Source: a virus
Lineage: Duplodnaviria > Heunggongvirae > Uroviricota > Caudoviricetes
Reading direction: 5' to 3' (one strand)
DNA: 5,608 nt
Virus record (IMG/VR): IMGVR_UViG_2695420613_000010
In this document: positions 1 through 5,237 of the stretch, piece after piece
Numbering within the stretch: position 1 is the stretch's first letter
Layout of the letters: every line of letters starts with the position of its first letter
Notes under the pieces: generated by a model
Seen by the model: the letters and a program-made list of their open reading frames with translations, nothing else
What the model was told of the DNA's origin: nothing
Database searches by the model: none
Made by a program: the position numbers and the translations under genes

Positions 1-107
1 CGCTTAAAAACTCATTCTAAAACTCAAAAGAAAAGCGCCGATTTAGTATCAAATAAGTTGCGTATCGGCGTTTTTCAGCGGTATCAAATGAAATGCAAAT
101 CGGTATC

Positions 108-132
108 AAAAAAATCGCCGCGCTATACGCGG
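108..132 (-). terminator. Putative intrinsic terminator downstream of the small ORF that follows rusA
   Basis: On the minus strand, CCGCG (132-128), loop TATAG, CGCGG (122-118), then CGA and a T7 run (114-108). The TAG stop of the 123-278 ORF sits in the loop. Terminators are expected in a nin region ahead of the late regulator. Stem is only 5 bp. Confidence 0.4.
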
Positions 133-278
133 TACCGGATTTTTTTTCGCCTGTAACGCCCTGTATCGAACATGGCATTCTCCTGCCAGGCTTCAAGCTG
201 ACCTTTTGTTGCCCCACTCAAATCGGCGGTAGCGATAATGAGCAGCTCACGCACAAACTGTAAATAGTGGTTATTCAT
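123..278 (-). CDS. Hypothetical 51-aa protein, translationally coupled to rusA (ATGA overlap)
   Basis: ATG at 278-276 overlaps the rusA TGA stop (277-275). Hand translation: MNNHYLQFVRELLIIATADLSGATKGQLEAWQENAMFDTGRYRRKKIRYRV, ending at TAG 125-123. Not in the supplied ORF track (below its length cutoff). Position matches the small gene found after rusA in DLP12-like prophages (ylcG position), but sequence similarity was not verified. Confidence 0.35.
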   Translation of the reverse strand: MNNHYLQFVRELLIIATADLSGATKGQLEAWQENAMFDTGRYRRKKIRYRV

Positions 279-634
279 GCGCACTCCAGTTCTGTGATTT
301 TTATCCCCAGCCGCTCACCAGGAACGAGCTGACCGCGCACAATATTGATTTCATCAAACTGCTCATCGTCCATTAGCAACCCCGCATGCGTCAGCGCATC
401 CAGCGGCGCTTTCAGAATATTGTCCAGGTCACGGCGGCGCTTATCCGGTGGCTCGGCAATAATCTTTATCGCCAGCCTTCCGGACAGGCTTAATTTCAGC
501 CGCTGCTGGCGAACAATAAGCGCCACAGCCCGGCGATAACGCTCACCGGCTTTTGATACAAAATATGTGCTGCCACGACGTCGCCAGTAGGTGTTCACCG
601 TCGGCGGGTAAGGTAAAACCAAATCTATGAGCAT
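275..634 (-). CDS. rusA: Crossover junction endodeoxyribonuclease RusA (Holliday junction resolvase)
   Basis: 119-aa ORF with the RusA-family signature: N-terminal LPYPPTVNTYW and the acidic motif DKRRRDLDN. ATG at 634 is preceded by GAGGTG at 5-7 nt. Size and position are typical for lambdoid nin-region rusA. Confidence 0.9.
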   Translation of the reverse strand: MLIDLVLPYPPTVNTYWRRRGSTYFVSKAGERYRRAVALIVRQQRLKLSLSGRLAIKIIAEPPDKRRRDLDNILKAPLDALTHAGLLMDDEQFDEINIVRGQLVPGERLGIKITELECA

Positions 635-646
635 CAGTCACCTCTT

Positions 647-1696
647 TTACCCGAGCACGCCAGTCGCAAAGGCGTGATCAAGAAAACGAAAAATTAACTC
701 AATCTGAGAGCCGTACTTTTTCTCAAACTCCAGCGGGTCTGCATGAAGTTCGTTGTGGTGCTCCCGGCACAACGGTAGCGTGAAAATATCGTGGGCCTTT
801 GTCCCCATTCCCCCCTGACCATGACCAATCAGGTGATGCGGATCGTCAGCAGGCTTACCACAACACGCACACGGCTGTGTCTTTACCCAGCGCGTGTATT
901 TCTCATTAACCCAGCGGCAACGTTTAGGCCGCCTCATGAACGATTCAGGAGACTCCGGATCAACGGCGATACTGACAACCGTTTTTTTCTGTGGTGGATT
1001 TTGTTGCTGGTGGACGTGAAGTGGCAGCGCAATATTTTTTGTGCGCTGCTTCAGTATGCTGATGGCTGTCTGTTCTCCCGGTACGATGTCACTCTCACGG
1101 TATACGGAGCGGATTTTTTCCGCTGGTAATCCCAGCGAACGACGCGCTACTGCCTCAGGTAGTGCATCCACCACCTGATTGCAGGCCGCCCACCAGGATA
1201 ATTCAGCCAGCGATAATTCACGCTCCTGTGTGCCATTCATTGCGTGACGAATGACGTCAATCATCCATGCTGACAGGTTTTGGTGAGCAAGTTGCTCAAG
1301 TGATTCGGAGGTCTGGTCACGCAACTGGTTGTCGCAGTGCCAGCACAACACCATTGCGCCGGTACCATAACGGTGAATGACGGTTTCACTGTGGTGATAA
1401 TCGCCGTGTGGCCACTGGCAGGATTTAACATGGCGCAGTAACCAGTCAGACAGTGCGCCAGCGCCACCAGCAGCACGAATCACTCGTTCGTCGCTGAAAA
1501 ATGGCAGTAATGATTTATCCTCCGCCAGCGGCTGGCGAACGGCAGGAACGACCCCGGACGGCAGATTACGCATGCTTTTCGGTTCCGGCTCCACCAGTAC
1601 CCGGGTATTGTGGAATACCGGCATGGATTCACGGCCCGGCTTAACGATCACCAGCCCGAGTTCCGGTACCAGAACAGGTCGAAGTAATACCCGCAC
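647..1696 (-). CDS. ydfU: DUF968-family prophage protein (YdfU-like) with a C-terminal HNH-like Cys/His motif
   Basis: 349-aa ORF starting at GTG 1696, preceded by GGAGGT inside the 3' end of the upstream gene. C-terminal CACCGK...DPHHLIGHG...LCREHHNELH resembles an HNH zinc-finger nuclease motif. Sits between rem-like and rusA, as ydfU does relative to rem/hokD in K-12 Qin (from memory). Start codon uncertain; M25 is an alternative. Confidence 0.75.
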   Translation of the reverse strand: MRVLLRPVLVPELGLVIVKPGRESMPVFHNTRVLVEPEPKSMRNLPSGVVPAVRQPLAEDKSLLPFFSDERVIRAAGGAGALSDWLLRHVKSCQWPHGDYHHSETVIHRYGTGAMVLCWHCDNQLRDQTSESLEQLAHQNLSAWMIDVIRHAMNGTQERELSLAELSWWAACNQVVDALPEAVARRSLGLPAEKIRSVYRESDIVPGEQTAISILKQRTKNIALPLHVHQQQNPPQKKTVVSIAVDPESPESFMRRPKRCRWVNEKYTRWVKTQPCACCGKPADDPHHLIGHGQGGMGTKAHDIFTLPLCREHHNELHADPLEFEKKYGSQIELIFRFLDHAFATGVLG

Positions 1697-1697
1697 G

Positions 1698-1976
1698 TTA
1701 CCTCCAGATGCGTTGCTGGAATGTGCGGGACGGACGCGGTGGGCGTTCGGAGTAAGGAAGCCTGACGGAGATTATCCAGTGACGATAATCGAGACTGAGG
1801 GCTTTCTTAACCTCGTATCCGCGCCTGCGGTAACACTGAATCAGCCATTCAGCCTGTTCTTCGGTGCAGGGGTCGTGCTGATACCAGTCAGATTTGAATG
1901 CATGAGAACGCCGCCCGTGCCTGCTGGCAGGGGCGGCAGAGTTATCCGAATTGTAAAATTTGGTATCGTGCGCCAT
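1698..1976 (-). CDS. rem: Rem-like small prophage protein (hypothetical); start placed at internal Met downstream of the hok terminator
   Basis: The track ORF 1698-2105 (135 aa) would run through the intrinsic terminator at 2047-2075, so the start is more plausibly ATG 1976 (MAHDTKFYNSDN..., 92 aa). Lies directly downstream of hok as rem does in K-12 Qin; identity is by synteny and memory, not alignment. Stop TAA 1700-1698 abuts the GTG start of the next gene. Confidence 0.55.
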   Translation of the reverse strand: MAHDTKFYNSDNSAAPASRHGRRSHAFKSDWYQHDPCTEEQAEWLIQCYRRRGYEVKKALSLDYRHWIISVRLPYSERPPRPSRTFQQRIWR

Positions 1977-2046
1977 CTGTTTTCTCTGCTGGCGCAGCAG
2001 GTGCCAGTTGTTCAGGCTGACGGATGGATTGTAAACCAGAACGACC

Positions 2047-2075
2047 AGAAAAAACAAAACCCGCCGAAGCGGGTT
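2047..2075 (-). terminator. Rho-independent terminator at the 3' end of the hok transcript
   Basis: Minus strand reads AACCCGC-TTCG-GCGGGTT followed by TTGTTTTTTCT: a 7-bp GC-rich stem with a UUCG tetraloop and a U-rich tail, about 70 nt after the hok stop. Confidence 0.7.
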
Positions 2076-2143
2076 AAGTGCGGGTGCGTTGAGGATGCCT
2101 GACACATCAGCGGTGGCGAGGGATTTCTCCCCCGCCTGGTCTC

Positions 2144-2299
2144 TTACTCCTCAGGTTCGTAAGCTGTGAAGACAGCGACCTCCGTCTGGCCGGTTCGGAT
2201 TCGTACCTCGCAGAGGTCTTTCCTCGTTACCAGTGCCGTCACTATGACGGTTAAACAGATGACGATCAGGGCGATTAACATCGCCTTTTGCTGCTTCAT
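2144..2299 (-). CDS. hokD: Hok-family type I toxin (host-killing membrane peptide), HokD/RelF-like
   Basis: 51-aa product MKQQKAMLIALIVICLTVIVTALVTRKDLCEVRIRTGQTEVAVFTAYEPEE, which from memory matches HokD/RelF. Single N-terminal TM helix plus conserved C-terminal Cys, typical of Hok/Gef. AAGGAG lies 7 nt upstream of ATG 2299. The track ORF 2144-2356 is an in-frame upstream extension. Confidence 0.9.
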   Translation of the reverse strand: MKQQKAMLIALIVICLTVIVTALVTRKDLCEVRIRTGQTEVAVFTAYEPEE

Positions 2300-2542
2300 A
2301 ACCTGCTTCTCCTTGCCTTTCGGCGCGTAAGAGGCTAACCTACGTTTGTGAAGCATAGATTGGGCCTCAGATTAATGTTAAGCGTCTTGCAGGACGCGTA
2401 ATGTTAACTGGGGCTTTTCTCTGTCTGCCTTACGGTGGCATGCCCGAGGCAGACAGCCTCAAGCACCCGCAGCAATTCTACTTAACTCTCGCTTTACAGC
2501 AAACCGTTTTGCCCGATATGGGAATTCCCATACGGAATGAAT
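2300..2542 (-). promoter_or_regulatory. hok leader / regulatory region with direct repeats and palindromes
   Basis: Contains 9-bp direct repeats TAATGTTAA (2373-2381 and 2399-2407) flanking the inverted repeat GCGTC-TTGCAG-GACGC (2382-2397), a perfect 10-bp inverted repeat CTGTCTGCCT/AGGCAGACAG (2421-2430 / 2447-2456), and a perfect 16-bp palindrome TATGGGAATTCCCATA (2517-2532). No mok-like overlapping ORF and no clear Sok promoter/terminator could be identified by eye. Confidence 0.4.
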
Positions 2543-2647
2543 TCAGTTCCCCAGGCGCTCCATCAAAAACACAACCAGGCAGTAAACACCCACAACAGCA
2601 ATAACAGCCAGAGCGCCTTCCATTACCAGTGAAATATCATCCGACAT
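2543..2647 (-). CDS. Hypothetical 34-aa single-TM small membrane protein
   Basis: ATG at 2647 preceded by AAGGGAGGG at about 4 nt. Translation MSDDISLVMEGALAVIAVVGVYCLVVFLMERLGN ends at TGA 2545-2543 and has a hydrophobic core consistent with one TM helix. Below the ORF-track cutoff. Confidence 0.45.
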   Translation of the reverse strand: MSDDISLVMEGALAVIAVVGVYCLVVFLMERLGN

Positions 2648-2682
2648 ATTCCCTCCCTTGGTGTGAATCCCGGCGAACGTTT

Positions 2683-2760
2683 TTACCCCCACCGACAAAT
2701 AACATATACTAGAAAAGCAATAGCTATAGCAACGCCTGCAAATGCATCTGGCCGGCTCAT
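2683..2760 (-). CDS. Hypothetical 25-aa hydrophobic peptide, translationally coupled to the 187-aa ORF (ATGA overlap)
   Basis: ATG 2760-2758 overlaps the TGA stop (2759-2757) of the 187-aa ORF; GGGGGAG lies 5-6 nt upstream. Translation MSRPDAFAGVAIAIAFLVYVICRWG ends at TAA 2685-2683. Very short, so this is a weak call. Confidence 0.3.
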   Translation of the reverse strand: MSRPDAFAGVAIAIAFLVYVICRWG

Positions 2761-3320
2761 TGGTTCTCCCCCTGTGTCGCTTCTACTGCGATCTGACTGG
2801 CGTATTCGTTAATGGTAACGATAAGTTCTTGCTCGGCCTCATCCAGACAACTACCGATACCTCGCCTGTCCACTTCAGAAGCATCGAAATCTGCACGAAG
2901 CCTGGCGACCTTCAGGATTGCGGACAACACCTCATCAGGGATTGCCGGAGAGTTGGTTGACGTTTCCGAGATTATCCGAAAATTATTGGTTGACGAACCC
3001 TTATTTTCCCGAAAGTTTCCAGCCTGAAGCATGGCGGCGCGGTGACACCAGATAATCCAGCCAAGCGCCATATCCCATGCCATGTATTCTCTATCGCCAT
3101 TTTTTGCTCTGCGGCGATCTACAGATTCCCCGAAACGCTTCTCCATAAATAATTCATAGGCTGCCCGTTCATCCGATACTGATGCCAGTGATGCCAGTGC
3201 AATTTTTAATGCGGTAAGCATGTTGTTTTGATCTTCATCGAGTCCGAACGGTATTTCATCCCGTGATGACTCAATTCCGGTAATCGTGTTCTGTAGCCAT
3301 TCTTTGGTTAATTCAGTCAT
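2757..3320 (-). CDS. Hypothetical 187-aa protein of unknown function (cargo/moron candidate)
   Basis: Long ORF MTELTKEWLQNTITGIESS...ATQGENQ with ATG at 3320; no motif recognised. It follows a 126-bp AT-rich intergenic region and a GC-rich hairpin just before the start codon, and looks less GC-rich than the flanking conserved genes. Contains a tandem 9-bp repeat TGATGCCAG x2 (3180-3197) encoding ALASLAS. Weak Shine-Dalgarno. Confidence 0.7.
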   Translation of the reverse strand: MTELTKEWLQNTITGIESSRDEIPFGLDEDQNNMLTALKIALASLASVSDERAAYELFMEKRFGESVDRRRAKNGDREYMAWDMALGWIIWCHRAAMLQAGNFRENKGSSTNNFRIISETSTNSPAIPDEVLSAILKVARLRADFDASEVDRRGIGSCLDEAEQELIVTINEYASQIAVEATQGENQ

Positions 3321-3446
3321 TTTTCACTACCGCCCTTTCGGGCGGTCTCCTGATGTTCTGAGGGTGCAGGAATCCCTCCGGTTAAGGATTTAATAAAAAT
3401 CATTTCTGATTTAAATTTTCAGTGTTTAGTTGTTGGTTTATAGCCT
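3321..3446 (-). promoter_or_regulatory. AT-rich intergenic region with candidate promoter and a 5' stem-loop over the RBS of the 187-aa ORF
   Basis: Minus strand contains AT-rich ACTAAACACTGAAAATTTAAATCAGAAATGATTTTTATTAAAT with several imperfect -35/-10-like hexamers. A 7-bp GC stem with GAAA loop (3329-3346, ACCGCCC-GAAA-GGGCGGT on the mRNA) ends 9 nt before the ATG. A second short inverted repeat GAGGG...CCCTC lies at about 3360-3378. No T-tract follows the hairpin, so it is not a canonical terminator. Confidence 0.3.
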
Positions 3447-3758
3447 TTATGCTTCGGCCTTATTTCTCAGCCATACACAAACAGGACCATCTTCGGTGTC
3501 ATGTATCGAACCGATAAACCATCCCTCACCTTCTGGTCGCTCAGGTTCCCATGCTGAAATATCAGGGCCATCTGCGTCCAGATTAAAATCATCTTCATCC
3601 ATACTACGGATAGCCCACTGAAGATTATTTTTCTCCATCCAGGCGTTAAACTCTTCCGTTGAAATATATTCCCGACCATCACAGAATTTTTCATATTCAG
3701 GATGCGTCCAGCAGCCATATTCATTACGTTCCACTGGCATTTCTTTAATTACGCTCAT
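3447..3758 (-). CDS. Hypothetical 103-aa strongly acidic prophage protein
   Basis: ATG 3758 overlaps the TGA stop of the upstream 62-aa gene (ATGA); AAGGGGGG lies upstream. By manual count the product MSVIKEMPVERNEYGCW... has about 25 D/E against about 9 K/R. Confidence 0.75.
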   Translation of the reverse strand: MSVIKEMPVERNEYGCWTHPEYEKFCDGREYISTEEFNAWMEKNNLQWAIRSMDEDDFNLDADGPDISAWEPERPEGEGWFIGSIHDTEDGPVCVWLRNKAEA

Positions 3759-3943
3759 TTACCCCCCTTATTTAATTTTCTACGACACTTTTTACAATCA
3801 TCTGGACTTTCGAATGTATCCGGCTCACGCTCATTGCCAAAATACATCCACCCACCGCAAATACTTGTTATTTCACCTTCAGCAAAATAATGATGTTTTT
3901 TCGCCATAAGTGGCCTTGCCCAGCCCGGATTCGTTTTACTCAC
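3755..3943 (-). CDS. Hypothetical 62-aa basic protein
   Basis: GTG start at 3943 overlaps the TGA stop of the 118-aa gene (GTGA) and is preceded by AAAGGAGG at 6 nt. Product MSKTNPGWARPLMAKKHHYF...CKKCRRKLNKGGK is lysine/arginine-rich at the C-terminus with 3 Cys. Confidence 0.65.
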   Translation of the reverse strand: MSKTNPGWARPLMAKKHHYFAEGEITSICGGWMYFGNEREPDTFESPDDCKKCRRKLNKGGK

Positions 3944-4296
3944 TTGTTGCCTCCTTTGCGAAGCTCTGCGACTAACTCGTCACATATGTGCGTCAAAGAG
4001 CAAAGTTTGATTGCTGGATGTTCGCGCACCATCTCCACACCCTGCGCCCGCAATTCTGCCAGAAAAGCGTAGGGGTCAGTTTTTTCACTGTGGTACATGG
4101 CATCATAGATAATCATTGCAGCGACACCTGCCTGTCCTGCATCTGTGACGGATATATGCTCAAGGGCTACGGCCATTGCGTGTTTCAACCTCTCATTTTC
4201 CACCTCAAGCACCACACGATTAGCCTCCAGCTCTTCTATGCGTTTTTTTGCTGCTCCCAGCTCAACACGCAGCTCCTGATAGTTAATCTCGCTCAT
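3940..4296 (-). CDS. Hypothetical 118-aa prophage protein with N-terminal coiled-coil-like segment
   Basis: ATG 4296 overlaps the TGA stop of the 74-aa gene (ATGA); GGGAGGAAGGAGA lies immediately upstream. The N-terminal ELRVELGAAKKRIEELEANRVVLEVENERLK is heptad-like. Confidence 0.75.
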   Translation of the reverse strand: MSEINYQELRVELGAAKKRIEELEANRVVLEVENERLKHAMAVALEHISVTDAGQAGVAAMIIYDAMYHSEKTDPYAFLAELRAQGVEMVREHPAIKLCSLTHICDELVAELRKGGNK

Positions 4297-4517
4297 TCTC
4301 CTTCCTCCCGCACTGCTGTTTTATATGCCCGAAGCACATGCGATGTTTTTCCTGACACAGTGCTTCTCAGAAAGAAAATTCCACTGGTGTTTATTACCAG
4401 ATACGGGTCAGCAAGACGCAGCATATCCAGTATGTGATTATGTTTTCTTGTTTCCAGCACCGTACTTGAAATAAGCATATGTGACACGGGGCCGAAATCA
4501 TGATATCTGATTTTCAT
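4293..4517 (-). CDS. Hypothetical 74-aa prophage protein
   Basis: ATG at 4517 with a moderate SD (GGGTGATGAT); lies 21 nt downstream of the preceding gene and is coupled to the next gene by an ATGA overlap. Confidence 0.6.
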   Translation of the reverse strand: MKIRYHDFGPVSHMLISSTVLETRKHNHILDMLRLADPYLVINTSGIFFLRSTVSGKTSHVLRAYKTAVREEGE

Positions 4518-4538
4518 ATCATCACCCTGCTGTAAAAA

Positions 4539-5237
4539 TTACCCGTTATCTCCTGTCGTTATTTTCTGTATGACATCACGATGCTTATTAATTTCCCGCA
4601 GCGCGGCGCATAAGCGCTCCCACTTCTGAACCTGACCTTTTGCCCGGCGCAGCTCGCGGTTAGCCACATGCAGCGATGGTAAAATCAGACCATCCGGATG
4701 CTTTCTGATGAACGACGACTGTGACTGCACTGTGACCGCCACACTTTCAGTTTTAATTTCTTCCTGTGTTTCCGCTTCCCGGACTGGTAACGCAACACCT
4801 GCCGGCTGAGGAAAGGCTTTACCATCGGTTTCCGTTACCGATGCAGCTTTCGGCTCTGCCGGTAAATTATCGCCCGGTATGCAGTAACGATATTTACCGT
4901 CCTGATTTACGCGAATCAGACGACCTTTGCTGACAGCCATCGCCAGTGATGAATTCGCCCGGCGGGAGGTAATCCCGAACATTAACGCCAGTTCGTCAGC
5001 CGACTGAGGACCATGCTGTTCAATCGCGTTAATCAGCATCTCTGCAGTGGTTTTTGGGGCCGCTTCAGTTGCCTCACTCGTCAGCCACCACATCGACCCC
5101 TTGTTATCAGCTTCGCCACGACGCTTCAGCTTCCAGAGTTCGGTAACAGCATCGTCACGGCTGATTTCAAGACGGGCTGCAATCTCGTGCGACGAGGCTT
5201 TTTTCAGTGCTTTCAGTGCGTCAAAAACGGTTTCCAT
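4539..5237 (-). CDS. Conserved prophage protein with winged-helix-like N-terminus (tentatively DUF1627-like); start revised to internal ATG
   Basis: Track ORF 4539-5303 begins at an upstream alternative start, but ATG 5237 ([13 protein letters not shown]...) is preceded by GGGAGGAAAATTTA, a strong SD, giving 232 aa. The N-terminal 60 aa look like an HTH/winged-helix domain. The DUF1627 label is from memory and unverified. Confidence 0.75.
   Translation of the reverse strand: METVFDALKALKKASSHEIAARLEISRDDAVTELWKLKRRGEADNKGSMWWLTSEATEAAPKTTAEMLINAIEQHGPQSADELALMFGITSRRANSSLAMAVSKGRLIRVNQDGKYRYCIPGDNLPAEPKAASVTETDGKAFPQPAGVALPVREAETQEEIKTESVAVTVQSQSSFIRKHPDGLILPSLHVANRELRRAKGQVQKWERLCAALREINKHRDVIQKITTGDNG

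Noticed and set aside
17-217. 66-aa minus-strand ORF from the track (MGQQKVSLKPGRR...)
   Set aside because: Starts at a GTG with no SD, is low-complexity, spans the hairpin/direct-repeat region and conflicts with the ATGA-coupled 51-aa ORF and the terminator; likely a repeat artefact.
345-539. Plus-strand 64-aa ORF antisense to rusA
   Set aside because: Lies entirely within the well-supported rusA gene on the opposite strand; Ser/Arg-rich composition typical of an antisense frame, no SD.
791-1129. Plus-strand 112-aa ORF antisense to the DUF968 gene
   Set aside because: Embedded antisense to a confidently called gene; no start context; likely spurious.
1261-1476. Minus-strand 71-aa ORF inside the DUF968 gene in another frame
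   Set aside because: Nested out-of-frame ORF within a better-supported gene; Cys/Thr-rich low-complexity product.
1990-2025. Sigma-54-like TGGCAC...GC element on the minus strand upstream of the rem-like start
   Set aside because: Only the -24 hexamer matches well; the -12 region is poor and no enhancer-binding context is evident, so probably chance.
1572-2102. Plus-strand 176-aa ORF spanning the rem-like gene and hok terminator
   Set aside because: Antisense to rem-like and DUF968, crosses the intrinsic terminator, Arg/Gly/Pro-rich composition; no SD.
2300-2460. A complete hok/mok/sok module with canonical Sok antisense RNA
   Set aside because: No overlapping mok frame (the only upstream ATG in another frame gives M-P-P-stop) and no plus-strand promoter plus terminator pair could be identified by eye; left as an open question.
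2401-2604. Plus-strand 67-aa ORF in the hok leader region
   Set aside because: Antisense to the SD-supported 34-aa ORF and the hok leader; no convincing start context. A short plus-strand antisense RNA here remains possible, but not this protein.
2742-3027. Plus-strand ORFs 2742-2960 and 2812-3027 antisense to the 187-aa ORF
   Set aside because: Overlap each other and the longer minus-strand ORF; no SD; typical antisense shadows.
3329-3346. GC-rich hairpin ACCGCCC-TTTC-GGGCGGT considered as a terminator
   Set aside because: The T-tract precedes rather than follows the hairpin on the plus strand, and an A-tract follows on the minus strand, so it does not fit an intrinsic terminator in either direction; kept instead as a possible RBS-occluding structure.
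3430-3890. Plus-strand ORFs 3430-3621 and 3702-3890, and minus-strand 3467-3724 alternate frame
   Set aside because: All overlap the translationally coupled 103-aa and 62-aa genes, whose SD/start-stop geometry is much stronger.
3890-4437. Plus-strand ORFs 3890-4072 and 3988-4437
   Set aside because: Antisense to the SD-supported 118-aa and 74-aa genes; Cys/His/Ser-rich low-complexity translations.
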